From assembly GCA_951406725.2 (NCBI GenBank), contig OX597816.1:154318001-154382000 (forward strand): 64,000 nt of DNA, read 5' to 3'. Positions within the stretch are counted from its first letter, which is position 1. Every line of letters starts with the position of its first letter. Made by a program: the position numbers and the translations under genes. The DNA comes from Octopus vulgaris. Taxonomy: Eukaryota. The notes beneath the pieces were generated by a model that worked only from the letters and a program-made list of their open reading frames with translations, was not told the origin of the DNA and ran no database searches. Positions 48,903-62,112 of the stretch are shown here, one piece after another.

Positions 48903-49250
48903 ACGCACAAGGCCCGAAATATTTGGGGAGGGGGCCAGTTGATTATATCGACCCCAGTGCGTTACTGGTACTTAATTTATCGACCTCGAAAGGATGAAAG
49001 GCAAAGTCGACCTCGGCGGAATTTGAACTCAGAACGTAACGGCAGACGAAATACCTATTTCTTTACTACCCACAAGGGGCTAAACACAGAGAGGACAGAC
49101 AAACAGATTAAGTCGATTACATCGACCCCATTGCGTAACTGGTACTTATTTCATCGACCCCGAAAAGATGAAAGGCAAAGTCGACCTCGGCGGAATTTGA
49201 ACTCAGAACGTAACGGCAGATGAAATACTGCTAAGCATATCGCCCGGCAA
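48903..49250 (-). mobile_element. Second tRNA-derived SINE family, two tandem copies
   Basis: Direct repeat of atcgaccccagtgcgt...ggtactt...gatgaaaggcaaagtcgacctcggcggaatttgaactcagaacg. A B-box-like gagttcaaattcc reads on the minus strand. A plus-strand copy lies at 61358-61560. Confidence 0.8.
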
Positions 49251-49357
49251 CAGCTCTCTCGGTCTGCCGAATATTACTTGTGTTAGATTCTGCCAAGCTG
49301 TTCTTATTTATGGTTTTGTATAACTAGTTTGGAATCCTTTACTCCTACTTTGTATAG

Positions 49358-50291
49358 TTATAACTTTTCGCCGAGTAAAAAATTACACTGAATCGGCCAT
49401 ACATACATACATATATACACACACACACACACATACATATACACATACACCGAGTAAAAAATTACACTGAATCGGCCATACATACATACACACACATTCA
49501 GACATACATATACACATACACCGAGTAAAAAATTACTGAATCGGCCATACATACATACACTCACACATACATACATATACATATACACCGAGTAAAAAAT
49601 TTCAGTTATCTCTCTTTCACACACACTAACAGAAGCACTTCACTTACACAACATACTGTCTGTCTCCCACACCTCATCAAATACACACACACATGTACAT
49701 CAATGCTTCGGTAACTTCAAAAGAAATTCCCTCGTCATAAAATCGCTTCCTCTTAGTCTCTTTCGCTCTCATTACTTCAAATGTTCCCGCAAGCCCATAT
49801 GTAAAAAAATTAAAGTTTTTTACGGAAATCATTGACGGAAACGTGCTACTACAAACGAAAGATCGCCAAATAATTTTTCTTAAAACGAAAACAAATTTTT
49901 TCTAAAGAAATTAAATAAAAATAACACACTACCTGTTTTTGGTACCCCCATCATACTCTTAAAACGTCGTTTTACGTTCTTCTAATAACTTTCAACCGAT
50001 TTTGTATGAACATTTGTTATAAGATCGACAAAGTTTTCGGAATGGTTCACCTTGAAATGGGTGTATTTTGGTGTCACATCTATTTCACCAAACCCATTAT
50101 TGTACGCACTCCAAATTTATTTACGTTGTTTAGAAAAAATAATTTATTTTCACGTGTTTACTGTGAAAATCCTTATAAATAATTTATTTTGTTTTAAAAA
50201 AAACCCCACCATAGGTAGTCGTTGTAAGATCGACTAGCCACGACTAGCTAGCGGGGATGCGCGCACCGGGACCACCCTTCTTAAATAGTAG
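49358..50291 (+). mobile_element. Non-autonomous Helitron/Helentron-like element with an internal minisatellite
   Basis: Four units of ccgagtaaaaaattacactgaatcggcc plus (CATA/CA)n at 49371, 49450, 49521 and 49588. CpG-rich body and a GC-rich 3' palindromic segment at 50230-50290. Confidence 0.45.
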
Positions 50292-50787
50292 GTATGTACA
50301 TACATATCTGTATGTATACATGCATATATTTATTATATATATATGTGTGTGTATATAACCTAATGGTTAGGATATTAATTCATAGTTAAATGAAAGCTTG
50401 GGAAAGTTCACGTGATAAGTGAAAGCAAATCATTTGCAGAAGTGAGTGTAAACTTTAGGACTGTTCACTTCCATATTCTAAAACATAGGAAAATATATTA
50501 ACAAAAGAAACAATAACAAATAAGACACCAAATTCGAAATAATTCCTAAAAATAAAATAAAACAACAGGACCCCAGAGGATACGTTTTATTAATAAATAT
50601 CAGGGTGTTTCACGAATGTGTAACATGCAAACTCAATTCACACACACACATGTATAAACAAAGTGTGTGCTGGCATTAAAGTGAATCTACAACGTACCTG
50701 ATTAATGTATGTAAAGGCCGAATGGAATGATTTATTTGTGATTATTTGAAATCTGAAAGAAATAATTACAATTTTTCTTTCATACAA

Positions 50788-51735
50788 TTAAGATGATTCT
50801 GACAAAGGATAGTAAGTTCTAATGCATTTTATAAATGACATAAACACCTTCTGCTTATGAGAACGTCGCCAGCAAAATTCTTGTAAATATGTATCAAAGA
50901 GATTATCTGAAGTTCCATGCATGTTGCGATATTTGTCTTTAAATTCTCTCCACGTTCTTTCTATGGTATTTGTATTAAAAGTTGCATTACGAGGATCAAC
51001 GAAGTGCAGATTGCAGTTTATGTCTGAGTGGTTTAACAGTTCTTGATAAGCAAGCCCGCCATCAATAATAATACGAGTCTCTGGCAATACATGCTGAGCA
51101 ATGATAGGCAATAAAGTGGAAGCATTTCGATCGGAGATAGGCACAAAGACACATCTCAGACTTCGGCGTTCTACCATTCCTAGCAACAAACGGTTTTCAT
51201 AAGGACCAGTATAGTGCTTGTGGCGCGTAAATTTCGTTTCGCCAATCTCCACAACCGTCCCTTCGCCTCCAATCTGCATTGCATTATCGTTACACCATAC
51301 AGCACATATTTCTCTAAAATAGTTATACCATTTAACAATTGCTTCTGGACCAATACCGACCTGCTCCATAACTACACGTTGTTTGCATTCAAATACTGCC
51401 CACCAATATATAAGATCTATAAGGCGAGCCAATGGGAGATGGGACCCAGAGAAGAAAGAATCTTGTCTAATACTTCGATAATGCGAGCATACATAGCACC
51501 TCCAAGCTTTTCCATCCGATGAAGTCGATCGAGTCATTAAACGCATTGGTTGATTACAGCACATTGCTGAATTATGAATTAATCCCAAAGAGGCAAGAAA
51601 GTTGATTGTACTTTCATTGTTCATTGTCATCGCATGAATATCCCGAAAAACGTAACTCTTTTCGGTCAGCTTATCAGCATCAATAATTTCATCTACAATT
51701 CTCCCGGTTGTTTTTCGTTTCACAGGGCCAGCCAT
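50788..51735 (-). CDS. Merlin/IS1595 (ISXO2-like DDE) transposase-derived protein, 315 aa, first catalytic Asp lost
   Basis: N-terminal Cys finger (CCNQPM...DGKAWRCYVC..RSIRQDSFF), then IGGEGTVVEIGETKF, VPISDRNASTLLPII, IIIDG, FVDP, TNTIERTW and YLQEFCWRR. The ORF is uninterrupted. Confidence 0.88.
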   Translation of the reverse strand: MAGPVKRKTTGRIVDEIIDADKLTEKSYVFRDIHAMTMNNESTINFLASLGLIHNSAMCCNQPMRLMTRSTSSDGKAWRCYVCSHYRSIRQDSFFSGSHLPLARLIDLIYWWAVFECKQRVVMEQVGIGPEAIVKWYNYFREICAVWCNDNAMQIGGEGTVVEIGETKFTRHKHYTGPYENRLLLGMVERRSLRCVFVPISDRNASTLLPIIAQHVLPETRIIIDGGLAYQELLNHSDINCNLHFVDPRNATFNTNTIERTWREFKDKYRNMHGTSDNLFDTYLQEFCWRRSHKQKVFMSFIKCIRTYYPLSESS

Positions 51736-51965
51736 TTCTGGTTTATATTAGATGTTTCTAAATAAACTTTCGATTTCCAAAAATACACTCAAATTTTAAC
51801 TGAGTTTTAGTCCACTATTGCCAAACATTGTTTTACTTTCACTTTATTAAAATAAATCACTGTAATTCAGATCATCAATGTTTATAATGTCAGTTACAAT
51901 TACGATACCTGTCATCTGAAGAAATCTTTCTGTATTCGTATATTAAGTCATGCAGATGCTTTATC

Positions 51966-52593
51966 GGCATTCCTTCGATATAACTCAACAACATTTGACG
52001 GTACAGTTCGGGTATCTTCGATGTAACTCGACAATTCTCTTCGGATATCTCCGTGACAACTGCTAAAATGGGAGGAGGAGAAGAAAGCTAATGGGTTGTG
52101 TGTGCGTGCGTGCTTGTTCTTGTCTATCTGTGTTTGTGTTCTATATAAAAACAGAACAGGTACACACACAGACAAGAACAAGCACTCACACACACCTCAT
52201 TAGCTTTCTTCTCCTCCTCCTCCCATTTCAACAGTTGTCACGGAGATATCCGAAGTGAATTGTCGAGTTATATCGAATTGATGTTTTGGTTTCGTCGAGT
52301 TATATCGAAAGAACGCAAAAAAAAAAAAATTTATTTTCACACATTCTACCAGTATACGAAGTTTAAACGTGTTTAGTTAACTAGAAATTGTGTTGAAAAC
52401 TGCCGTTCAAAAGGAAAAGATTCTGTTTTTGTTCAGCTTTCGTGTAAATCAAAAATGATATCGGTTTCACCATCTCATGAAAAAAAAAAGTTAAGAAATA
52501 GAATGTTTTTACGTAAATTGCCGAACACGTAGTTACATCGAAGATACCCGAACTGTACCGTCAAATGTTGTTGAGTTATATCGAAGGAATGCC
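51966..52593. mobile_element. MITE with perfect 63-bp TIRs starting GGCATTCC and an inner inverted repeat
   Basis: 51966-52028 is the exact reverse complement of 52531-52593. An inner IR pairs 52017-52103 with 52190-52278. A third end copy lies at 53246-53390. Confidence 0.8.
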
Positions 52594-52603
52594 TTTTTTT
52601 CTT

Positions 52604-53093
52604 TTGGCTTTCTTGAGAAAATTGTAATTTGTAAATTTAACGTAGTTTAATTTTTCGAATTTTAACCAATCAATCGCCTCTATTGAGCTAAAATCATTTG
52701 CTGCGTCTAAAACTGAGACAACATCCTGTCACTAACCCTAACTCTAACCCTAACCCTAACTTTTAGCCTTTCGTTTTTTTTCTTAATTGTTAAATTAATA
52801 TAGTTGTTACGCGTGTGTCTAAAATTATTCGTTTTGTTTTTGTTTTGAGATACTATTTTCCATTGCTTAAGAAAAAAAAAACGAAAGCAATGGAAAATAA
52901 TTTAAACAATTAACAAAATAATTCTATAATTTTATACACACGTTTCCCGTACGTAAACATAACAGTGACAGGATGTTGTCTCAGTTTTAGACGCAGCAAA
53001 TGATTTTACCTCAATAGAGGCGATTGATTGGTTAAAATTCGAAAAATTAAACTACGTTAAACTTACAAATTACAATTTTCTCAAGAAAGCCAA
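52604..53093. repeat. Inverted repeat element with 130-bp arms and a telomere-like tract
   Basis: 52604-52733 pairs with 52964-53093. A (TAACCC)n-like run lies at 52733-52760. Confidence 0.8.
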
Positions 53094-53664
53094 GAGAAAA
53101 AAATATTTTATTTTGACATATTCTACCAGTATACGAAGTTTAAAAGTGTTTAGTTAACTAGAGATTGTGTTGAAAACTGCCGTTCAAAAAGGAAAAGATC
53201 CCTAAAACACACACAGGCATACATACATCCTTTTTTTTTTTTTTTGGCATTCCTTCGATATAACTCGACAAGATTTGACATTTCACTTCGGATATCTCCG
53301 TGACAGTTGCTGAAATGGGAGGAGGAGAAGAAAGTTTATGGGTTGTACGTGCGTGCTTGTTCTTATCTGTGTCAATGTGTGCGTGCCAGCAATGTCTCAT
53401 TTTAAACTTGAAGGAAAAAAAGCTTGATTATTTGTTCCTGACCTGGGTGTAACTTCGGTATAAGTACCGGATACATTCCAAGAAAGTGTATTTTTATTAT
53501 ATTGGGGGTGGGGGGTGGCTACGGGTGGGAGAAAAGAGTTTCTGTTATCTTCAGAAATGTAAACAAAGTCACGTGTGTACTTGCACCGAAGGATCGCCCT
53601 TAACCTGCTTCATGTGTGTATGGAAAATCTGCAAATTTCCAAGCAACACGCATCAATTACACTA

Positions 53665-53871
53665 CTCGTTTCAGTCATGTGACTGTGGCCATGCTTGAGC
53701 ACCGCCTTTAGTCGAGAGAATCGACCCCAGGACTTATTCTTTGTAAGCCTAGTACTTATTCTATCGCTCTCTTTTGCCGAACCGCTAAGTTACGGGGACG
53801 TAAACACACCAGCATCGGTTGTCAAGCGATGTTGGCGAAACAAACACAGACACACAAGCATACACACACAC

Positions 53872-53936
<65 letters not shown>

Positions 53937-54066
53937 GCTTCTTTCAGTTTCGGTCGTCCCGAGGCTATAGTAGAATCACTTGCTCAAGGTGCCACGCAGT
54001 GGGACTGAACCCGGAACCATGTGGTTCGTAAGCAAGCTACTTACCACTCAGCCACTCCTTCGCCTA
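53665..54066 (-). mobile_element. tRNA-derived SINE
   Basis: Reverse complement of the 8995-9433 family. Confidence 0.88.
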
Positions 54067-54169
54067 TAGGAAAATAAAGAAATTTTTTTCCTTAAATTGC
54101 TAAACACAGATATGACATATATGAATACCAAAAGATTGTCATTGTTTATGGTGTTGTCTTTCGTTTCTT

Positions 54170-54630
54170 GAAAGCTTTACACACACATTTTCCATACCAG
54201 TTAGCGACATGTATGTATGTCATTATTCAGTTTATTTCAAGATTTCTAGCCAATAAAGAACCGGTTTCTAACCTCGATCCAAGGTTCATTCATTGGATTT
54301 TCAACATCAACAACAGGGTATTTTTGTATGTATGTATTTATGTGCAGATTAGTATGTTTTATCTATGTATTCTCATGCGTAGAGTTACATATCTAGACAT
54401 GCTCATATATATTTAAATGATAAACTTCTGGAAAGTTTTACAGATTTTTACCATTCCAGTGATGGATTCCATCTGTAACCTTCGAATTAGCTTTCACTTT
54501 TCTGGTTTTGAGAAGCCACATTTCTCAAGATTGGTATTTAGGCAATGTGTTACATATCCCAGGACCCTAATAATTACAGGTATAAACCTGAACTTGTAAT
54601 CTGGATAGAGCAACTGTAGATTTCCCTCAG
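54170..54630 (-). mobile_element. R4/Dong-like (RLE-type) LINE 3' end
   Basis: The minus strand gives NLQLLYPDYKFRFIPVII-VLGYVTHCLNTNLEK, resembling the C-terminus of restriction-like-endonuclease LINEs. Confidence 0.6.
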
Positions 54631-55549
54631 AGCGAAAAGCAGATGATATGATGCCTTTGTATGAACAGCTATGCTACATGGGAGTGAGACATAGGCTGTA
54701 ACTATTGAGGACATGTGAAGGCTTGATGGGTAATGTTAACATACGTGTGACAATGTACACTAAATTGAGTATAAGAGGCATCAGATGTAGTTTGAAAGAG
54801 AGAAGGGGTGGTCTCTATTTGCAGAGGGAACATGTAGAAGATATGGGGTAAAGTGGTGAGAAAGGATCTTCAGACGTTGGGCCTCGCTGAGATGACAGTG
54901 GAAGAGACTTCTGGCATTTTGCTGTGCTTAAGAAGACACATCTAGGTAAGTAAAAGTGTAGCTATCTATACAAACAGGCATGTTCCTCTGTCAGCCAAGA
55001 GGTCCTCGTTTTGTGGTCTCATGTAGGCTGGTGCCACATAAAAAGTACCTGTGTTTGTGTCACATAAGGACCTGTACCAGTGCCACCTAGAGCAGCACAT
55101 GTTTGGGGGCTATGTAAAAAGCATGCATGTACACACATTCTACAAAGACACCAAGCTTAAAGATGCACCCATTTTCCCATAAACCCTTTTCCAGAAAACT
55201 CTAGCCAACTTACAACAACCACCCACAGAGATGGTGTTTTTGGTACCAAGGGACATAACTCTTAACTTAACCCTGGTTTGATTTATTTCATTGTCTTTTT
55301 TATAGCAACCACAAACTGGATTCGTCTGCTCGCCTTCAACAATAGAGAGCAGTCACCATATTTCATACCATAATGGCTTTCTCTGTGGAGCACAAGGTTA
55401 CATAATCAGGCTGTTACCTAACACTCTGTTGAACCTCTCGCGTGAAACTGATTTGTAAGATTGGCTGTAATGGAGATATAATATTAGTATACCCACTCTA
55501 CTAACAATTCAACAAGTGCATTTTTTCCTGACTTATGGATTCTTAGACA

Positions 55550-55606
<57 letters not shown>

Positions 55607-55844
55607 ATATATATATATAATTAATAATATCAAAGGGTAATCAGAAATATTCGAAATTTCTATTACCAGTGGCCTAGCATGTAAAAATTTAGTCGATAGA
55701 CTCTGTATTATTCATATAAATACAGTGTACATTTAAACACATAAGAGGTATCCATCATAGGATTCATTGCATGCTAGAGAGGACAGTTAAATTCTAAACC
55801 ACTATTAGGAATAAAAATTCGAAGGGAATGAAAAATAAAAACAT

Positions 55845-56625
55845 TTACCATCTAACTCCAGCTAAATAGTAAATGCTCCTCCATGTTTAACAGTTGGAAG
55901 AAGACAGTCTGGGTCAAATGCTTCTTTTGGCTGTCTCCACACGTATACTCAGCCGGTAGTCAGAAATAAGGTAAAGGATGACTCATTCAAGAAAATAACA
56001 TTCTTCCACTGCTCTTGGGACTAATTCTATAGGTTTTTACTTCACTCTAAATGCTTTGTAACGTTTGTTTTTGAAAGTAGTGGTTTTCTGATTGCAGCCC
56101 TCCCGTGAAATCTGGCTTTGTGCAGCTCCTGGCTAGCAGTTTTTGTGGAAACTGGGTTCTTGAGGTGGTCATTAAGCTCTGCAGTAATTTTGGGAGCTGT
56201 ACTTTTGTGATCCTTTCTAACAACTCGTGTAAGAGTCCGACAGTCCCTATCTGAAACTTTTGGTTTTCTTTTGTAGTTTTGTTTTGACGAGGAGGTTTTT
56301 CCTTCTTTTTCAAAAGCTGTTATTACTTTCGAGACAGTACTTCTTGATACACCAAACATTTTGGCTGTTTCCATTACGCTAGCGCCTGCTATATGAGCAC
56401 CAATAATTTGATCTCTTTCAAAGTCCGATAGATCTGTCATTTTAATGAATTTTAATTACCTTTTTCTGATGATATCTGAAAAGAAACTGCAAATTTAGCA
56501 AAATTAAGCAACACTAATAATAAATCAAAAAACATAAAAATAAATAAGCGTTTGACTGTTTTATAGATTTTTCGAAATTATGATGCTATGATGCTAGGTG
56601 TTTCCATTATTTTGTCCGACCCCTG
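55845..56625 (-). mobile_element. Tc1-like transposon, 5' portion
   Basis: ORF 56042-56440 (MTDLSDFERDQIIGA...GVSRSTVSKV...GRAAIRKPLLS) followed by a decayed WKNVIF-DES and TVKHGG. The TIR CAGGGGTCGGACAAAATAATGGAAACACC ends at 56625 beside a TA. Confidence 0.9.
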
Positions 56626-56904
56626 TATAAATATGTACATATATAAATGTACAAGATCTGGCTTGAAAATGATGAGGATTAGCATCGGAAATGGCATCCA
56701 TCCATAAGAAATCTGTGTCAAATAATTTCTTCAGATCCATGCAAGCTTAAAATAGTAGGGGTTAACATGGTGGTGATGATAAGGAAGGGCTTCTGTCTCC
56801 ATCTCACACCTCTATCTTCACTTGTGAAGTATTGGTTGACCTTGCTATAGTACATGACTATCATACAGGACACCAATGTATGTATATATGTGTATATATA
56901 TACA

Positions 56905-57424
<520 letters not shown>

Positions 57425-57551
57425 TTAAAATTCAAGGTATGACCTCTTGAGTCACATCTGTTTATTTCAGTATTCCAAATCCATATGTAGATTTGTTTAA
57501 GGTATGCATAAAAATTGAAAATTCTGGAAAATATTTTAATATTTTCCACAG

Positions 57552-57870
57552 AGGCACAGGTGTGGCTTTGTGGTAAGAAGCTTGCTTCCTAACCATATGA
57601 TTTCAGGTTCAGTCACACTGTGCAGTACCTTGGGCAAGTGTCTTCTATAGCCTCAAGCCAACCAAAGTCTTGTGAGTGGATTTGTTAGAGAGAAACTGGA
57701 AGAAGTCTGTCATATATATATATGTATATATTTGTGTTTGTCTGTGTTTGCCTCCCAGCATCAACTTGACAACTGATGCTGGTGTGTTTATGTCCCCATA
57801 ACTTAGCGGTTCAGCACAAGACATTGATACTAGGCTTACAAAGAGGGTTTTAGTCGAAGAAATCAACCCT
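57552..57870 (+). mobile_element. tRNA-derived SINE
   Basis: Same family as 8995-9433, in inverted orientation to the copy at 56905-57320. Confidence 0.85.
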
Positions 57871-58704
57871 AAGAATTCTTGGGGTTTATTTCTTCGACTA
57901 AAACCCATAAGTGGGATGGTTACACCACTGGCATAGTCCAGGGGTTATGGTCTCACTTGGCTTGCAGGGTCTTCTCAAGCACAGCATATTTCCAAAGGTC
58001 TCGGTCACTAGTCATTGCCTCGGTGAGGCCTAATGTTCGAAGATCGTGCTTCACCACCTCATCCCAGGTCTTTCAGGGACTACCTCTTCCACAGGTACCC
58101 TCAACCGCTAGGGTGTGACACTTTTTCTGAATATATTAAACCACGGTTTACCCTTAAATTACCAACTACTGTTAGCCTTACAACAAGGCCCATACATAGT
58201 TAGGTAATGCACCAGTATGGATACATTTATCCCTTAGACGGTTGCCTAACCTCTAACTCATAATTTCTTTCTCTCTCTCTCTCACACACATACACACACA
58301 TACACACATATATATATATATATATACAACTGATGTCCAATATTTTAAATCTGAGTTTGTCCCCATTAATGGGGGTGGTTAGATCTACCTCATTCTTACA
58401 GCAGCTGGTCTCATACCATCTCGCCATCTCACCTGGTTTTGGGCATTCTCCCTCCTTAAGCCAACCCTCCCAATCTCCTTCTCCACCTGTTCTCCTCTTT
58501 GGTTCTTTGGTTGACCTTGCTTTCGCAGTTTATTCACTCTAAATTTAAGCACTCTCCTCAGAACATGTTCTTCATTCTTCCTCAACACATGTCCATACTA
58601 CCACACTCCACACTCCTCAACACATGTCCATACTACCAATTCCTCCAACCCCAGCATCCCCAGTAAGTCCTCCACCCTCCTTTTATCCAATGTATATATA
58701 TATA

Positions 58705-59056
58705 TTTTATTCTTTTATTCGTTTCAGTCATTTGACTGTGGCCATGCTAGAGCACCGCCTTTAGTTGAGCAAATCGACCCCAGGATTTATTCTTTGTAAG
58801 CCTAGTACTTATTCTATCGGTCTCTTTTGCCAAACCACTAAGTTACGGGGTCCTAAACACACCAACATCGTTTGTCAAGCACAGACACACAAACATATAC
58901 ATATATATGACGGGTTTCTTTCAGTTTCCGTCTCACAAAGCTTTGGTTGGCCTGATGCTATAGTAGAAGACACTTGCCCAAGCTGTCACACAGTGGGTCT
59001 GAACCCAGAACCTTGTGGTTGGTAAGCAAGCTACTTACCACACAGCCACTCCTGCA
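58705..59056 (-). mobile_element. tRNA-derived SINE
   Basis: Same family as 8995-9433. Confidence 0.85.
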
Positions 59057-59954
59057 TATATATATATATGCATGCATATATGTATATATATGTGTGTGAA
59101 TATATATACATATGTGTGTGTGTGTATATTCAAAATTAATTGAAATGAAGGTAGTGTGTTTTAGCAGAAATATAGTAACAAAAGGGTTAACATACAGTCA
59201 GAGGAGGAGGAAAAAATTTCACCAATATATTTTTGTAGATCTGGAATTTTGTCAGTTGTTGAATAACTAAGCTGAATGTATAGAGGAATATCTGCTATCA
59301 AAGACTTTTGATACACTTTATGCAAACATTTCAGAAATACCTATAGGATAAGTGTAAACATCGGACAAGCACATTATCCCCTCCCATAAGAGTTCAATAT
59401 ATGTTGCGCATTTAATAAATCCACATACAAGGGTGATTTATAGTGACTGTTATTATTATTCCTTTCCCGTTATTAAATGTAGAAACTTGATGTAATGGAA
59501 TAAATGTACATGAATTACATGAATTACCTCCCTTACATTACATTGTACTTTGTTTTAAACTTGGAAGTTATTTAATTTTATACGTTATGATATATTGCCA
59601 TTCTTCAGAATTGAACGTTAATATTATTTTTATTTCCTTTTTATCACAGGTTTTGTCGGAACTCCTGGAGTGGTACATGCATAGTGGGCTTGCTACCTGC
59701 AGCCTATTGTAACATGCTATCCGTTCTTTTCAACAATCTAATACTTTACTGATTATTCTGGCCGTGCCAAGGAGGCAAACCTTCTGTTACAGTTCTATTA
59801 GGCATTCTGTTTCAATTTCCGTCCCCTTAATGCCTTCTGATACTGTCCCCAAGGACCTAACAATAACTGGCACTATCTACACCTTCTTCATTTTCTATAG
59901 GCGGGCTATTTCGTACTTAAGAAGGCTGTATTTATCTATTTTTTCGCCTTCCAT

Positions 59955-60840
59955 CAATACAGACGACATCAAGCTGTACCTTGAAATCAAGAGGACAGAT
60001 CCTGTTGTCTACAGCTCTTTCCTGCAATAAGACCTGGACACAATGCAGCAATGGATCACAGACTGGCAACTGAAACTGGCTGTGGACAAGTGTACCACCA
60101 TGCATTTTGGGAGAAAAAACCCTGCGTCCACATACTCCCTCCACAACACTGATATCAAGAAATCCTTTTGCGAGCGTGACCTAGGCATCACTGTCAGCAG
60201 TGATTTGCGTTGGACAAAGCATAGCTCTAAAATTGTCAAGAAGGCCGAGGGTGTCTTGGCATCACTCAGCAAGACTTTTGTTAGCCGCTCTCCAGCCATC
60301 TATTTAAAACTGTATACAGCTATGGTACGACCATACTTAGAATTCGCATCATCAGTTTGGAACCCCTATCTTGCTCAGAACATTGACCTCCTGGAATCTG
60401 TTCAGAGACGTGCAACCAAACGCATAACCTCCATCAGACACCTACCATATTCTGAGCGCCTTGTTTCCCTGGGCATGGATTCACTGAAGCTCCGGTGTCT
60501 GGCGACGGACTTGGTAAATGCCCACAAAGTTGTCAACCACCTCACCAATAACAACACTGAACACCTTTTTGATCTTCATGTGTCTAACACACGTGGACAT
60601 GCCTACAAAGTCAGAAAACAACACAGCTCCCATGACTTTCGGAAACATTTCTTCACACTCAGAGTCGCTGAAGCATGGAATAAACTGCCTGCGTCAGTTA
60701 TTGACTGCCATGACACTGCATCCTTTAAGGCCCTCATGCTTTCCGAAATCTGTCGAAACTACACCTGATTATATATGCACTTTAGATGAGTTGTAGTGCA
60801 CCTGAGCACTGTACACAATGTTTATTATTATTATTATTAT
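59955..60840 (+). mobile_element. CR1-clade LINE, 5'-truncated (ORF2 C-terminus, 3' UTR, (TTA)n tail)
   Basis: ORF 60043-60768 has ERDLGITVSSDL, LYTAMVRPYLEFASSVWNP, LESVQRRATK, TRGH and FFTLRVAEAWNKLP. A decayed ADD motif lies at 59960. Confidence 0.92.
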
Positions 60841-60959
60841 TCATGTGTCAAATGGACATGCAACATCAACTATATAGCACATGCGGTGCATCTTGTCCAC
60901 CACCGCTAGGTCTGGTCTGTTATGCTCTAGTACCAGATCTGTTTGGATTAGGAAATCCC

Positions 60960-61282
60960 AGAGGATTTTCTTAGTCTTTGACTGCAGTTTCTGCTCATAC
61001 TACATCTTACCTCTCTCTTATTCCCACTTTGCGCACAGTTTCCAATAGATAGCACTTTTGCAACCTTACCATGTCGCTACAGCTTGCAGTCATTTTGGGC
61101 AAGTCTAGGGCCGTGATATGGACAATGGTTTCATCCACTGTATTACAGATGCGGAGACATTTGCTCATTCCTAAGGTTGACCCTCCAGTTCGTGGCTAAA
61201 GCTTTGTTTTGTGCTGCCAGTATAGTGCTCTCGATCCCCTTTTTTAATGTTCCTTTCTTCAGCCAATCCCACCTATGTTTAC

Positions 61283-61285
<3 letters not shown>
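60960..61285 (-). mobile_element. R4/Dong-like LINE fragment
   Basis: WDWLKKGTLKKGIESTILAAQNKALATN, followed by a decayed ETIVHI and CCHC region. Confidence 0.7.
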
Positions 61286-61341
<56 letters not shown>

Positions 61342-61357
61342 ATTATTATTATTATTA
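61283..61357. repeat. (ATT)n microsatellite
   Basis: Seen directly. Confidence 0.9.
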
Positions 61358-61924
61358 AGGCAGTGAACGTTAGCACACCTGGCCAAAATACTTAGCGGCA
61401 TTTCGTCTGTTACTATGTTTTGAGTTCAAATTCCGCTGAGGTCGATTTTACCTTTCATCCTTTTGGGGTTGATAAAATAAGTACCAGTTGAACACTTGAG
61501 TCGATGTAATTGATTCATCCCTACCCCCAAGCTGCCTTGTGGCAAAAATTTGAAATCATTATCATTATTATTAATATTATTATTATTATTTATAGTTCTA
61601 ATTTGTTAAATGATATTTCTATAATACATAATTTTTGAGGGCTTTTTATTTTCATACTAAAATTTATTTCATTAAAATTAATTATCTTTTACTTGTTTAA
61701 TTCATTGGACTGTGATCATGCTGGAGGTGGGGGTGGGGGCCTAGCCGAAGGGATTAGTTGAACAAATTGACCGTGGAACTTTATTTTCTAATGTCTGGTC
61801 TTTATTCTGTTGGTAATGTTTGTTGAAGCGCAAAGTTACAGGGTCATAAAGAAACCAAGACCTGCTGTCAAGTAATGGTGGTGGTGGAACAAAGACAAAC
61901 ACACACACACACACACACACATAA

Positions 61925-62112
61925 CAAAGGTGTTAAAAGGTATCACTTCACAAGCATTCCAGGACTGCTTCGAACAATGGAAAATGTATCTGGACTGATG
62001 CATTGCTTCAAATAGAGAATACTTTGAAGGAGGCGATAAAAGTGTAAATATGTAAAATTAAGTGAATAAAAAAATATTGCAAAGTTCTGGTTTCCTTCGA
62101 GTACCCCCTTGT
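61925..62112 (+). mobile_element. Mariner 3' end fragment
   Basis: AFQDCFEQWK...CIASNREYFEG followed by a TIR-like end and TA. Confidence 0.7.

Noticed and set aside
49371-49600. Repeat-spacer pattern resembling CRISPR
   Set aside because: The spacers are CA/CATA microsatellite, so this is a compound minisatellite.
59650-59720. Good acceptor (ttttatcacag) followed by a possible plus-strand exon
   Set aside because: No recognisable peptide or partner exons were found in the window.
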